Assembly: GCA_001662655.1 (NCBI GenBank) | Contig: KV460261.1 | Direction: 5' to 3' (one strand) | DNA length: 64,000 nucleotides | Origin: Pseudogymnoascus verrucosus | Lineage: Eukaryota | In this document: one piece after another, positions 48,980-62,578 of the stretch | Numbering within the stretch: the stretch's first letter is position 1 | How the letters are laid out: each line of letters opens with the position of its first letter | Made by a program: the position numbers and the translations under genes | Notes under the pieces: generated by a model | Database searches by the model: none | What the model was told of the DNA's origin: nothing | What the model saw: the letters and a program-made list of their open reading frames with translations, nothing else

Positions 48980-51041
48980 ATGCCCCTCGGCGACCTCCTC
49001 AAGAGGAAAGACAAAGAAAAGCGTCCCGACCCCCCCGTCTCCTCCCCCTCAAACCCCGAATTCGCATTCCACCGCCCCACCTCTCCGCCCCCAGACTACA
49101 CCGACACCAACATCAACATCAACACCAACACCTCTCCGCCCCTCTCCCCCGAACCCCGCCGCAACCGCCTCTCCCTATCTCCCTTCTCGCGCCCCCGCGC
49201 CAACTCCGCAACATCCTCCAACTCCGCCTCCTCCGCCACCGACCCCGAAAACCGCACCCGCCGCCGCCTCTCCGCCCGCCTCCACCTCCGCCGCGAAGTC
49301 AGCAGCTCAAACATCCCCACCGACCTCCCCGCGATAGACGTAGCCCCCGATGCCGAAGGGGGGGGCGACCAAACAGAGCGCGAGCGCCAGTGGGAGAAGC
49401 GCGCCACGCTGCTTGCGAGGAGCAACGGCGCTATCATTCGCAGCGCGAGCGGGAGTCCTGAGAGGGGCGTTGGAAGCCTGCTAGCGACCGCGGGGGTGGG
49501 GATGGGACAGACGCTGGGGCAGGAGCTGAGGAGAGAGAACGTGGGCGTGGTGGGGGATAAGAAGGCGGATGATAATATACAGGAGGCTATCCGGCTTCAT
49601 GAGGAGGGGAGCTTGGAGGAGGCGACGCGGATGTTTGGCCGGTTGGCGGATCCGGGGGGGGATAATAATGCGTTGAGTCAGGTGCTTTATGGGCTTGCTC
49701 TAAGGTATGGGATTTTATCCTCACTCACCTCCTTGCTGGTCCTTGGGTCATCAGCTACATGGTTCTTTTTCGCAACATTTTACTGACACAATTGAATAGA
49801 CACGGATGGGGCTGCACAGCGGATCCAGCGCAGGCAATGCAATATCTCACCTATGCCGCTTCAAACGCCGCCTCCATCGAAGAAGCCGCTCTGCGCGCCG
49901 GCTCCGCAAAAGGAGGCGCCGCAAAGGGCGAGCTAGTCCTCGCGATTTTCGAGCTCGCGAATTCCTTCAGGCAAGGTTGGGGGGTCAAGAAGGACCCCGT
50001 GGCTGCTAAGCAAGTAAGTGGTGTGGCGTGCGCCTCGTGATCGTCGGTGGTATATGGCGATAGTGAGGGGAAAGTCAATCGGTAGCACAAGGAGCTGACG
50101 AAACGCAGTATTACGAAACCGCCGCGAATCTAGGGGACACAGGTACGACCCTCGCATTCTCTTGGCCCACCCCCACACGTATGCACAGCCGGCTAACGGA
50201 AGGGATTCTAGACGCGATGAATGAGGTTGGGTGGTGCTATCTTGAGGGGTTCGGGTGTAAGAAAGATAAGGTGTGTTTTCACCCCATCTCCCTCCTATTC
50301 GTCCTTGCCTATCCCCGATTCCAATCCCGAATTATTACCCAGCATCTACCATCTCAAACACCCCCAATCCCTCTTCCACACATCTCAGACCAGTCTGATT
50401 CCCCGCCCTCACACCCTCCCACTGGCGCCATCAGGCACCATCCTCCCCCCCTTCCCTCTCCTCTCACCCACCCATCCACAAACAAGGCGAACCCCAACCC
50501 CCAAACCCCGAAGATCCGAGCAGAACCGCGCTTACACAGCCACCACAGATGGAGTCAGCAAAGTACTACCGTCTCGCCGAGAAAGGCGGGAATAAACTCA
50601 TTGGGAATGGATGGTGAGTCTACCCTAACTTCCTGCTGTGCTGCTTTTTTCTTTTTACCGTTCCATGCCCTCCGTTTCGGGCGTGTCTTAGTTTTGGGAG
50701 ATGCGATGCACTGGTGTGTGTTGTGTGTGGCGTGGTGTGGTGGTGGTATGCAGTGCAGAGTTACGCCTGTTGTTGGCGTGTGCTGCGCAGGAAGAGCTTC
50801 AGCTTGACGGGGATGAAGCTCAAGCCAGCTTCTATCCCGCTATCCAGCAATACGCCGCCACCAGCACCCACCACTGCCCGCCCTTCCACCTCAAACACCC
50901 CTAGCCTATCCCCACACACTCCCCAGGCACCCCCCTCATATCCCGCCAAACCCGCCACCAAACCAACGAGTCAAACAAGCTAACCCCCCACCCAGGATCT
51001 GGAAACCCAAATACGACCCCCCCACCACCAGCACGTCCTAA
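48980..51041 (+). CDS. Sel1-repeat protein (DSF2/Nif1-like)
   Basis: IQEAIRLHEEG, SQVLYGLALR/HGWGC, ELVLAIFELANSFRQGWGV, YYETAANLGD, WCYLEGFGCKKDK, AKYYRLAE, WIWKPKY over 6 exons. Confidence 0.85.
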
Positions 51042-51413
51042 CGCGCGCTTACCGTTCTCCATCCCGCCTCCCTACCCTCCCTCCTCTGTATGGACCGCTA
51101 CCACGAACGGGATGTTATATCGATGCGGGGTCTAGACGTGTGCGTGGGCGTGTATGGGTTGGTTCATGCATTCCTACCTGCCCGCATACAGCCTACATAC
51201 CGCCGTACCCTACGCCTACTTTCTCATAATTGACGGTTGGTTGGCTCCGCGACGTCGTGGTTACAGGTCGCACGCGGGGTAGGGGTCGTGACGGCCTACG
51301 TTGGGTACCGACATGCACGCAGGCCAGCCTGAGCCGGGCTACTGGGTTAGGCTGGCAGGCTGGGCTGGACTTTCTGTCGCTCTCTCGCTGGATATGTGCC
51401 GTTTTGGAAACAT

Positions 51414-51520
51414 AGGATAGGTTGGATTGGGATAACGCAGTGCAATGAATCGCACATTACATAGTATAGGACAGGATAGGTCGGATAGGCTGGATAAGTC
51501 GGATAGGATAGGATACAATA
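51414..51520. repeat. Degenerate GGATA-type short tandem repeat
   Basis: Repeated GGATAG/GGATAA units between two convergent genes. Confidence 0.5.
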
Positions 51521-53070
51521 GATAGACAAACCTCGCACGCACGCAAGGCAGTGTAATATTTCCTCACGGGACTCGGATGTTCGGTTTTTTGTCTATTGTG
51601 AGTGAGGGTGTAGTGGGGGTGAAGCTTGAGCTGTTGTGCCTGTGTGTAGTGTACTCTACTGTGGTGCTGTGCTGTAGAGTGTGAAGTGTGTTTAAGTGTA
51701 GTGTGCTCGCTCGTTACATAGTTACAACAGTGGTGGGTGGAACGCGTGGGATCCCCGCTCACTCGCTGTGTTTATATTTCTTCTTCAATCGGGATTCTTT
51801 CTATTTTTGGTTCTGGTAACTAACTAAATAAGCCGTTGGGTTGGTGGGTGTTTGAAACCCACCGAAACAGGTAGACTGACAGGCACAGGCACAACACAAC
51901 AGCAGCAAATAAGCAAATCTCACTAAATCTCACATCTAAAGCATCATAGAAATGAATTTGTATGTGTGTAAAAAGGGTGGTGTTTGAAATTAGATATGTT
52001 AGGTAGAGTAGATTAAGATATTGATAATAAATTTTCCTTTTTGTTGCCAAATCTCATCGATCACCATTACCATTCATCTTCTCCCCGTGCCTCTCGTTTC
52101 ACACCCCCCATTCTCATCCACAACTCCCCTGTGCTCCCTCCTCCTTATCCTCAACAGAGGAAGGAGGAGGTGAGCCAACCCTCCTCAAACTCGCCAGAGA
52201 CTCATCTCCCCAGCCCCGAGTTTGCTCCCAGTCTCCCTCCCAAGAAAACTGCGTGTCTTCATTCAGTCATCTCCCATGATGATTCATCACGTCATAAATG
52301 CATCCCTCCCCCTGTCTCTGTTCAAAATCCCAGGCTGTTCTGTACTCGTGGCATAATCGTCATCTTTTCATTTCGTTCATCATCGTCAAAAAAGGGTCGT
52401 TTCGTTAGAAAAAGAAGAAGTTAGAAAAAGTAGAATGTTTGTTGAAACTTCGTAGACGATGGACGGAAGAAAATGGTATTTGCGTGTGTGTGTGTGTGGT
52501 GTGCTGTGAGGCCGTGATATGCTCGTGTAAATCTTTTCATTTCATTTCATTTCGTGATCCTCCCATCCCAATTCCTTTCCGCCCATTTCCAATGTTCCCG
52601 TCCTATTTCCCTTCCCTACCCAACCGCCCGTTCCGTAACCAACCGGGGAAAAAAGTAAGAGTTGAATCTCCAAAAAACCAAAACCATCCTATGCGCTAAA
52701 TGCAGTAAAACTAACTAAAACAGAAAACTCAGATATCCATCGCTGAAGACATGATTGGGTGTGACAAGATATGATGGGTGGACAATTTGTGCAGGTAAAG
52801 GAAAATGGAGGAAAATGCAAATGAGTAAAACAATTTCTGGACAATTTGGTGCCTCGTGGCAAAAATCAAAAAAATCAACGCGCGCTCGCTGGGTTCGCTG
52901 GATAACATAAAGAGTAAAAGAACTGTCGGTTCAGAGACCGAGGACATGAGGGGCGTGTGCGTGGGCGTTTATCTTCGTGATCATATCGTGTCGTGGTCGT
53001 GTGTAACAAAAGAAAAAAGAGTTGAGAGTTTGGCTGATATAGTCAAGCCTATGAGTGAGTGCATCACCGC

Positions 53071-54969
53071 TCAACCGAGAGCCTCGCACTCCTCACCACC
53101 TCCACCCTCGCACTCCTCTACCAGCCTTGCAAACCGCCTAACAACATCTCGCGGTACCTGCTCCCACAGTAAGCTACGCGTATACACCTCCGTCTTACTC
53201 GCCCGCGCACCCTCACGCATGGCAGCTAAGCTGTCAGCGAGATTGCGGCGGCCGGCGCTACTACTCGGCGCCGGCGCGGCGGAGAAGGACGGAGAGGCAG
53301 CAGCGTTGTACTGTGCGGCAGACAGGGAGAAGAGTTGCTCGTGCTGTTGCTGTGCGGACGGGGCGGTGAGAGAGTCCGCGTATGCGGCAAGTGGCGATGG
53401 ATCAAGGTCGGCGAGTGAGACGTGCGATGGCTGTGTCCAGTCTGCGTGTCCCTGTGCGTGTGCCTGTGCAGATGCAGCGACAGAGGACATGGCACCGGCA
53501 GGCATGACGGCAGAAGCGGATACGCCGGCATCATGGAGGATGTCGGAGAGGATGGTGGCAGAGGCTGCACGAACATCGTCGGACATGCGCGGGATAGACG
53601 GCGAAGAGCCCTTCGATGCCACAAAGGCGCCGAAGAGGAGAAGCATGAGAAGGAGGCCTTGTGCAGCAGGCTTATCGGCGTCGGACAGGACGGTGGATGA
53701 GTCGCCTGACTTGGAGACGGTGAGGGCCTGCGACGGGTTTTCCGCCTTGATGGTAGGCGAGGAGGGGAAGTCGTGCAAGAAGGAGATTCCGTCCCACGCA
53801 CCATCCATGGTGAGGGCATCGATATCGGCAAAGTCGCTCGAGAAGCCCTGCTGTTGCTGGGGTTGCGCAAGCGCAGCACCCTCAAGCTTGGTGACATGGT
53901 CACTCAGCACGCTGACCTTCTTGCGTAACTCGCCCGTCTCGATCGTGTGTGCGCGCAGCATCTCCTCCTTCTCCATACGCAGGTTCTCGATGTACTGCTG
54001 GTACTGAGCCTCCTTGCGTGTGCAGGCATCGAGCGCAATCTTGACGTCTGCGAGTTCCTCTTCGAGCTCGGTGAGAAGGGCGGTGTAGTGCTTCTTCTCA
54101 TCTTCCAGACGCTCAGTGTGCTGCTTCTTGCGTTGCCGCGAGTCGAGACTGATATAGTTAGTTGATGTACCGTTAGAATGTGGGGTTTTGGGGACTTACG
54201 CTGCTTGCCTATTCCTCAGGAGGCGCTTCTGTTGCTTGAGCTCCTTGATCTCGCCCTCGTCGGTCGACTGCTGGATCAGGTGATCGATATTCAAGAGGTT
54301 GCGCTCGGCGGGGATGTCGAAGCGGGCGTTCTTCTTGCGAATACCGTCCCGTCGCATCAACGGCGAATGCGAGCGAAGCCCTGGACTGCCGGGTCGCATG
54401 CGCTTGGGCATCCCGCGGTGCTCCATGCTCTCCGGTACGGCCCAGTCCTTCTGTGGCGACGCTGGCATGGACTCCACGACTGTGCTGGCGGGCGAGAAGA
54501 GCGGCGGTTGCGTCGCTCCATTGCCGAAGAGAGTGTGTACGGGCGCTGTCCTGAAGCCGGAGTTGCTCTGAAACTCTGCAGGTAGGCCATCAAAGGTCTG
54601 CATCGGGGTGCAGGACCCTGAAGTGTTCGGTAGCGACCACCCGTTGTGGGGTTGTTGTTGCGGGTAGTTGTTGCTCGCCTGTCCCATGTTGAGAAACGGG
54701 TTGTTCGGGTTGTGCTCGCCGAACGGGTTATTCGAGTTGCTGGGCTGCATGTCGACGTGTTGCCAGTCTTCTGTCTTGGGGGAAAAGAGGGCGTAGGAGT
54801 CTCGCCTGCTCATGGAGGGGGACATCTCGAGGCCGGAATCGAGAGCGCTACCGTCTAAGATGTTCTCGTCGAGGATGCTGGCGTCGTCGTCGTCGAAGAA
54901 CCTCTCGTTTTGTGTGTCGATGGAGAGTTGTGATGGTCTGTAGAAATTGTTCATTTGAAACCCCGCCAT
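53071..54969 (-). CDS. bZIP transcription factor with a C-terminal hydrophobic segment (resembles Neurospora ADA-1-type proteins; orthology not verified)
   Basis: RRDGIRKKNARFDIP...KQQKRLLRNRQAA/LDSRQRKKQHTERLE basic region and zipper; intron 54199-54149; downstream GLLLMLLLFGAFVAS. Confidence 0.88.
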
Positions 54970-55692
54970 ATTTTTTGGCCTTGGGGTGGGAGGAGGAAGG
55001 GTTGTTGTAGTAGTTGTAGTTCGTTGTTGGTTTGATGTTCCCGTGGCGGAAGCGAGGGAGAGAAGAGGTTGGGTGCGGGACGATAATGGCGGTGAAGCGA
55101 ATTTGGACGATGCGACCGGGATGTTGTTGAGTCGATGTCTTGAAAGTACGCGCAGCGGAAGAGGAATGCCTGTTGCCGGTGCTAGGGGTTGAGGAGGAGA
55201 AGTAGGTAAATAGTAGTGCAGAGGGAGTAATAATGATAAGTGATCGATCGGTGGATGTGAGGTGAGGTGAGGAAGTGGAGGATGAAAAGCGGTGTTGGTG
55301 TTGGTATTTGATATACAACGGGAGGAGGTTGGTTGGTGGTAGTAGTGGTAGTTGATGTAGGATGAATGGATGGAGGGAGGGAAGGATGAAGTAGTAATAG
55401 TAGTAGTAGAGTAGTAGTAGGGTAGTAAAAGAAGTAAGGTAGTAATTGTAATAATAGGCGTGATCGATGCAGGAAGCGTATCGATGTTGTGTGTGGGGGA
55501 AATATAAACTGTTGGTATTGATGATATGGACAAAAGGTGGGATAAGAGGTGGGAGGGTAGTGTGTATTTATTTATTGCATGCACGGGAAGGGACGGTGCA
55601 GGTGAAGATGGGAGGTGGGTGGTGGAGATGGAGGTGGGTGGGTGTAGATGGGCGGTAGATGGGTAGGAGGAGATGGTAGAGGTAGAGGAGTG

Positions 55693-55750
55693 GAAGACTG
55701 GAAGACTGGAAGAACTGGAAGAACTGGAAGAACTGGAAGAACTGGAAGAG
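55693..55750. repeat. GAAGA(A)CTG 8-9-bp tandem repeat
   Basis: About 6 consecutive GAAGACTG/GAAGAACTG units. Confidence 0.8.
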
Positions 55751-56364
55751 CTGCGGGAAGAGCGGGTGGGGTTCCAGTGTGTGAGTGAGAGTAGAGTACA
55801 AGCAACCACTGTAGGGAATAGAGTGTTGAGAGAATGTTGGGCGAGGATGTGATGGGTCTTCAGAAGACGGGCCTTCAGTTTATCCAGGGAGCAGTAAGTG
55901 ATGAGAGGACGAGTATGAGAGGACGGTGGAGGGAAGGGCGAACGACACAGGGTGAAGGGTGAAGGGGGGGTGGAGATTGGGAAGAGATGAGAGGGATAGG
56001 GTGATGAATGGGTGGTGATCGGAGACTCATGAGAGGGTCAATGATGGAATGATGGGTTTTAGAGGGACCACAGGAGAGACCGCACAGGCAGGGACAGAGA
56101 CAGGCAGGGACGACCGAGACCAAACAGAGCGGTGGGTTGTGATGCGGTCTGTGACTGGGAGGGGAGAGGAGGCCGCCAAGTGAGAGGCCTAGTGGGGTTG
56201 GGAAGGGGGCAAGAGGTTTGTGATCTGAGGATTGTGATTTGCGCGTGGGAGAGAGGGATGAGTGAGAAGGGCTGACAAGACTGACTGAGCGACTGACCGC
56301 GGATTTGAGGCTGGCTTGGGTAGGAAGGGGGAGGGGGAAGGGAGGAAACAAGGCCAAGAGGGAG

Positions 56365-56900
56365 GGGATACAGCTATACAGCTAAGATACAGGGAAAGAA
56401 GATACAGGGAAAGAGGGATACAGCTATGATACAAGGAAAGAGGGATACAGCTATGATACAAGGAAAGAGGGATACAGGGAGAGAGAGACATGGCAACACG
56501 GATTATGACATTATGACATACTGGCATACAGATATACAGACATACAGTTACAGAGTTAGTCAGGGTGTCAGATATGGCGGGAATAGTGGAAGTGGCGGGA
56601 GTAGTGGGAGTAGCGGGAGCAGTCTTGGAGCAGAGTGGGATCAGAGAGACCGAGTGGACGAGTGAGAATGGGAGGAGTTGGGGTGACAGAGACATGGACA
56701 GAGACATAGACAGAGACACAGAGATAGAGATAGCTATGCAGAGGTGGGATAGAGGTTTACACGGATTATACAGAGAGGGCACGGATTATACAAAGATACA
56801 GCTACAGAGCGTACGGACTATACAGATACAGCTACAGAGCATACGGATTATACAATACAGCCGAGAGAGTGCACACGGATTATACAGATATTCACTCCGA
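56365..56900. repeat. Low-complexity GATACA-based tandem repeats
   Basis: Duplicated 27-bp GGGATACAGCTATGATACAAGGAAAGA and repeated CGGATTATACA units. Confidence 0.6.
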
Positions 56901-59900
56901 GAGTACAGAGAGATCCTTAGACATGGTGAGATGCAGAGATGCAGATATACAGCATACAGAGATACACAGAGATACAGAGTCGACATCATACAAACACAAA
57001 CACACGCAGTAGGCAGTACAGATCCACACGGCGTACACACAAACCCTCATACACTCTACTCTCAACACACAATACACAGGCACAAAATATCCCTACCAAC
57101 CGACAGTCCTTTCCTTCCTTCCCCAACTGACTGGCTGACCATTTGTGCACATCTACATCCACAGTTTTGTGCACAACATTACCATAGCAGCATCGCGAGA
57201 CAGAACAACAAACACCAAGCACCAAGCCCAACATCCAGTAATCCAGTCGAATCCATTCACATCCAGTCCAGTGACAGACAAACCGATAGTCACCCCCCAC
57301 CTCACACGCCGATCTCACGAGACTATCTCACTCACGCAAATCGCCAAACATAGCACAAACACACCCCAAAACCCATCCAAACGGATCTCTACAAAAGCGC
57401 CTCCCATCCTGCCTCTCGTACAGCCTATACGGCACCGATGTGACATCAAGTCAGTCGGTGGACTGACTCTCTCACACGCGCGTCCTCAACACTTCAGGTC
57501 CGTCCGCCGTTCTCTGCGCCCACATACAATACAATACAATACCATACGGAGTCTTCCTTGGTAAAAGTGCTAAGCTGCTAAGAAACTATAAACCGCAGCA
57601 TCCTAAACCCATAAGGCACGCACGAACAGAACGTCCACGACCACTCACCAGGTTGGGCATCTGCAGCCCTACTTTCGCTGGGCAGGAATATCTGATCTCA
57701 CCCACCGTCCATCTCACTTCCACCCTCTCCCCCCCCAGCTATCCATCCTCATAGGCCACAACGACCTCACCAAGCCCTAACCAAGCACAAGCCCACTCCC
57801 ACCTCCCACCTCCAGCCCAGCCAGCCAGCCTAGACAGATCAGCCCATCCCCATCAAGCCGCGTCGTCCAAGCTCTCTCCAGAAAAGCAAAAAGGCACGCA
57901 CGCCTGATCCCGCACCAGTGACCACACCAGTGACCCCCTCTCGCACCTCCCCACGTCCTACGATTCGCGCTCCAAACCCACCAAGCTAGTCGCCCCCTCG
58001 CGGACGCGCCCCCATCTCCCCATCCAGCCACCCCCCCTCGCCCGCCCACCGTCGTGACGACCTGATTGGGACGCGAGCGAGAGGCAGTTTGCCCAGCCTG
58101 GACAGGCGGTAGACGTGCATACGGCGCCGATGCTGCCCAACCTCGCCTCGTCCGTTTGAAAAAGCAGCTTCTGCGCTTCTTATTGGTGAGAGCTGACGGA
58201 GGTAGGTTGTTTACCTTGCCTGCTTGGCTTGGGTAGGTATGGCGGTTTGTACTATTATGGGAATACGGGAAGGTCTAGGATGAGAGGGGGGGTGTCAGAT
58301 TCGCGGGATCGCTGGCTGGGTTGGTTGTAGACTTCCTTCCTTCTTTCCTTCCCTTCCCCTTCCCTTTCTCCACGGCGCCAGCCAGTTCTAGAGTAGACTA
58401 CGTTACAGTACCAACGGACCACGGCTCGGGGCGCGCGAAAATCCCCCACCCCCTCCATCTATCTGTCTGTCCCTGACTGTCGTTGCTACCACACACGGAG
58501 AATACGTAACTCCGCTCCACCCACCGCTGAATCTGAATCACTCCCATTCGCTGAATCACGACCCCTCCCAGCGTCAACACACTGAACCCCAACTGAACTG
58601 GAACACAACCACCCACAACCATACCGCTCCGACGCGCCGGAACGCCATGTCTCGCCCCCTTCCTGCGCGGGATCGGAGGATGTCCGTACGCGACGCGCGG
58701 GGGATCTGTGTGATCCTCGCCTGGGTGTCGGGTAGGAAGGGAGCAGATGTACGGGACGGAAGGGGGTATGAGACCGAGAGTGATGGCCGTGACATTCCTC
58801 TACTGTAGGTGCAAATCCCCCACTCCCGCTGCACCATCCAGCCAGCCAATATCAGAAACCTGAATCAGTTCAGCCCAGAAAATGGGGGATTAATTGCCTA
58901 TTCTTGTTGCCAGCTGCTGCGGGTGACACCTCATCTTTTCCCTGCACCGCACTCACACTCACACTCACTGCAGTCACCTCACACCCGCTGAACTGAACTG
59001 AAATTCCTCCCAACCTCCGCACACCGCACACCGCACACCGCACACTCGGTACCCTAACCCTTCCCTCCCTCTCTACCCGACCCGCACCGATCCACCGCTC
59101 CCGCTCTCCCGGTCCGCTATCTACCGCGGAGCTAAGCTTGGGTCCCGGGTTTCTGTTTGTTTGTCTGTCTTGGAGTTAAGGGATGCGATGGATCATCAGG
59201 GTACTGTGCGCAAATCAATCCATCACCGCCGGGGTACGGTACTGTGAGACTGAGACTACCAAACCCCATCCATCACCGCTGGTCCCCTAGCCAGACCCGC
59301 TCCGGCTCTCTCTCTCCCACCGCTCATCGCCCAGCCCATTGATTTTTGTGAGCGGAGAGGCGAAGGGGTTCAGGTGGAGTGAGCAACCCCTTCCAAAAGG
59401 AGCGGTGACTTCACCTCCTCTCTATTTTTGGTGCGTAGACAAGTACCGGTCTCCATTCCACTCCACAGCAGGGTACGTGTACCTTACATTCATTCTGCGA
59501 AAAGAGAAAAAAGGCGGTAAATAACCCAAGAGCGATTCATTCGATCGATCAGCCTTCTCTACCCGCTGTTCCCCGGTTGAGCGTAGGCAGGGGCGAGGAA
59601 TGTGAGTGTTGTCAATGAGTAATTGAACAGTCCACTTAATATATTGACAGACAGATAGAGAGCCAGTCACAAAAAGCAGTTTCGTAATTAACAACCAAAC
59701 ACACACACACACACATTCAACCCATCACGTGACACCCTCCTCCTCATCTTCCTCCTCCAACCACACACTCTCCCTCCGAACGAACGAACGAACACTGCTG
59801 CAAACAGACGTACCTGCGTCCGTCCGCCCCACACGCTCTTCTTCTCTTCCCTTCCATCTTTCCGATATGATTACCCACCTAGTATACGTGGGAGCCGTTT

Positions 59901-61369
59901 CTATCCCAAGCTCCACGTCTCACCATTGCAAAGGCAAACGCAAACGGGGATTCTGGGAGACTTGGAATAAGCGGTGAGGTGGGTGTGTTTTTTAGGGTGT
60001 CTATTTTTTGTTTTGGATTTTAGGATCCACATATTCCTTCACCAACGAGCGGTCCAGTGACGCGTTTGCTTACTATGAGCGTATAAGCCGAGAGATGGAT
60101 GAGTGAGTGGTTTACACGTGGGCGTTGGCACTGGGTCGCTGGTGGGGTCAACTAGGCAGCAGGGAGTTTCATTTCTTCTCCTTCTTCGTCTTTTTGCTTT
60201 TTTCTTTGGTTTTCAAACGCGGTGTGTGTGTGCACCGCCCCAGGGCTTGGAGACCCTCTCTCCCTCTCTCTTGCGGCGGTGAAGAGATGGGAACTCAGGG
60301 AGAGGCTGGGAAGTGAGAGACGGGTATAGGGACTGAGACGGAGGGGCTGGAAAGTAAGATGGATCTAGCGGGATGTGAGAATGGGGCCGAGATCTAGAAT
60401 GAGAATGAGAATGAGAATGGGAATCGGAAACAGAATGTCATAATAACCCCCCAGCCACAGTGATCTAACACATGGTACGCATGGTAAGCACGGGAATGTA
60501 AGGCGAGGTGAGGTAAGGTGATGCACAGGAAGACAAATGCGTCCCAACCAAGCAAGGAAGCAAGGGAGCGCGACCTCCCGACCTCTCCCCCCTTGGTTCC
60601 TCGCGTGGAAGGCGACTTTTGGGAAGATGGATGGATGGTTTGGGAAGGGGGGGGTTGAGATTTGTCACGGGGGTGCTGGTGGTGGTGATGGGTAATCAGA
60701 TCGGATTAAATTATATCGAATCATATCATGCATGCACTGCGATAATCGCGTGTTTGCTTACTGGTTTGCTTGCTCATCTATTGTTGGTCTTTTTGTATTG
60801 TTTGTGGTCTGGGTTTTTCTTAGATAATGGTTGGGTTTTGTTGCTGTTTTTTCTTTAGTGTTTTACTTGGGGTATATTAAATGAGGCCGTTTTGTAGAGA
60901 TAGGGCTGTTTGAAGTTAGTATAGTTAGTATATTTTAGTTCTGAAGTTTAAATCTTTAGACATAAATATAGTCGCCATTTTTATATAGAAAATCGAACCA
61001 TCAGTGCCTAGCTCTATCTCTGAGTGACTAATATAACAATTATAGCCCTGAGAAAGGGAGTAATTTAGAGCCTCTATTTTAATTGCAGTAGCTATAATCT
61101 CAGTCGTCGTGTATAGTCCATCTCCCGACTTTTGGGCCGTATGAGTAGATTTATGAGTGAAGTTTATCATATGGTCTTAAATCGATTTCTTAATTACAGT
61201 TGCTATAACCACTACTACTATTCAGGGTCCCTCTCCTGACTTTTAGACCACACGACTAGACTTATGAGTCAATCTTATCATATATAATCCCAAGTTAGTC
61301 CCTCCTCTCATAGTCACCATCACCAACCTCGTCACACAAACCCGTCTCCTCAACTTCCTCAGTATCAAA

Positions 61370-62443
61370 ATGTCTGATAACTCCATCGTCTCCTTTGAGA
61401 CCCTCATCTACGTAGGGCTATCCATTACAAAAGTCGAGGAGTTATGGAACCGATGGACACACTGGGAAAGGGGAGAATACGACCCACGCCGAGAGACTGA
61501 TCCAGATGATGGCGGTTTAACAGTCATGTTTGACGACTTCATTGTTGGCTGGTCAGTTACGAATAGAGTAGATGCTGTGGGGGACAATGACGACGAATGG
61601 CGGGACTGCCTAGATGCATGTGGCATCAATATGCCTACACAAGATGCCATTATGGATCCCAACTTCGCCCATATCCGGCGTTCAAACTCCTGCCTGTACT
61701 GGGCCAAGGAAACTATTGAAATGCGATACAGAGGGCTCTCAGAAACCCAGCCATCTACCTCTAACTCTCAGCAACCAACCACACCAGAGACCGACTTCAA
61801 CAACCAGCCCCCCCTTAATAAGCCCGGATACACCACCCTTTTCAAATCCATAGACCGCGGCCAAATCACAAGACTCCTTGACCAAAACGGCAAATTAGAT
61901 AGAACCGGGGCCATCCTAACCCCAGCCCCCTCAGATTTCAGCGGCACCAGATCCCTCTACTACTTCACCCCCGACCACAACCTCGCGCGCCACCAAGCCG
62001 CATACGCTAAACGCCGTGCCCCCCGCGAATCCATCGCCATCATCTCCCTCCTTATCCCAAACACCGCGATCGAAACCCTCCCTTCCCCAGATTTACAGAT
62101 CGTATCCTGGCCCAGCAACGAGTGGAAGGAACTTCTCTGGCACAGCCGCAACCAGAAATTCCTCCCACCCCATCTGAGGAAGTACCGTGATGCAACCCTT
62201 GTGATAGGGACGGCGGCGTATGGGGCAGGCGCCGTTTACCAGGGGATGAGGACGTGGGAGGAGGTTGGAAAGGAGAACGTATTTTGCGTGGGGAAGCGGG
62301 GAAAGGGGGAGGGGGCTGTTCAGTATGTTTTTTCTGCGGAGAGGGAGGGGTATGATTTTCTCACCGAGCATGCAGAGGATGTCAAGGTGATTCCATTTAC
62401 AGCGGGGGCGCTAGAGGAGTTTCTCGCGGATCCTGCGGGGTAG
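61370..62443 (+). CDS. Hypothetical protein, 357 aa
   Basis: Single long ORF with AAAATG start context and normal composition; no family recognised with confidence. Confidence 0.75.
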   Translation: MSDNSIVSFETLIYVGLSITKVEELWNRWTHWERGEYDPRRETDPDDGGLTVMFDDFIVGWSVTNRVDAVGDNDDEWRDCLDACGINMPTQDAIMDPNFAHIRRSNSCLYWAKETIEMRYRGLSETQPSTSNSQQPTTPETDFNNQPPLNKPGYTTLFKSIDRGQITRLLDQNGKLDRTGAILTPAPSDFSGTRSLYYFTPDHNLARHQAAYAKRRAPRESIAIISLLIPNTAIETLPSPDLQIVSWPSNEWKELLWHSRNQKFLPPHLRKYRDATLVIGTAAYGAGAVYQGMRTWEEVGKENVFCVGKRGKGEGAVQYVFSAEREGYDFLTEHAEDVKVIPFTAGALEEFLADPAG

Positions 62444-62578
62444 GGAGTGGACATTTTGCATGCCTCCCTCCTGAGGAAACTGGGTGTATTAGACAGACTA
62501 AGTTCATTGAATCAAATCAAATAATTTTACGCACTACGAGAACCATTTGTTTGTACAGGTAGCACATTATCATCCATT

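Noticed and set aside
52856..54007. 383-aa ORF on the + strand
   Set aside because: Antisense shadow of the GC-rich bZIP exon.
54149..54199. Possible HacA/Hac1 with an Ire1-type intron
   Set aside because: The intron is a normal GT-AG intron inside the basic region and the sequence does not resemble HacA.
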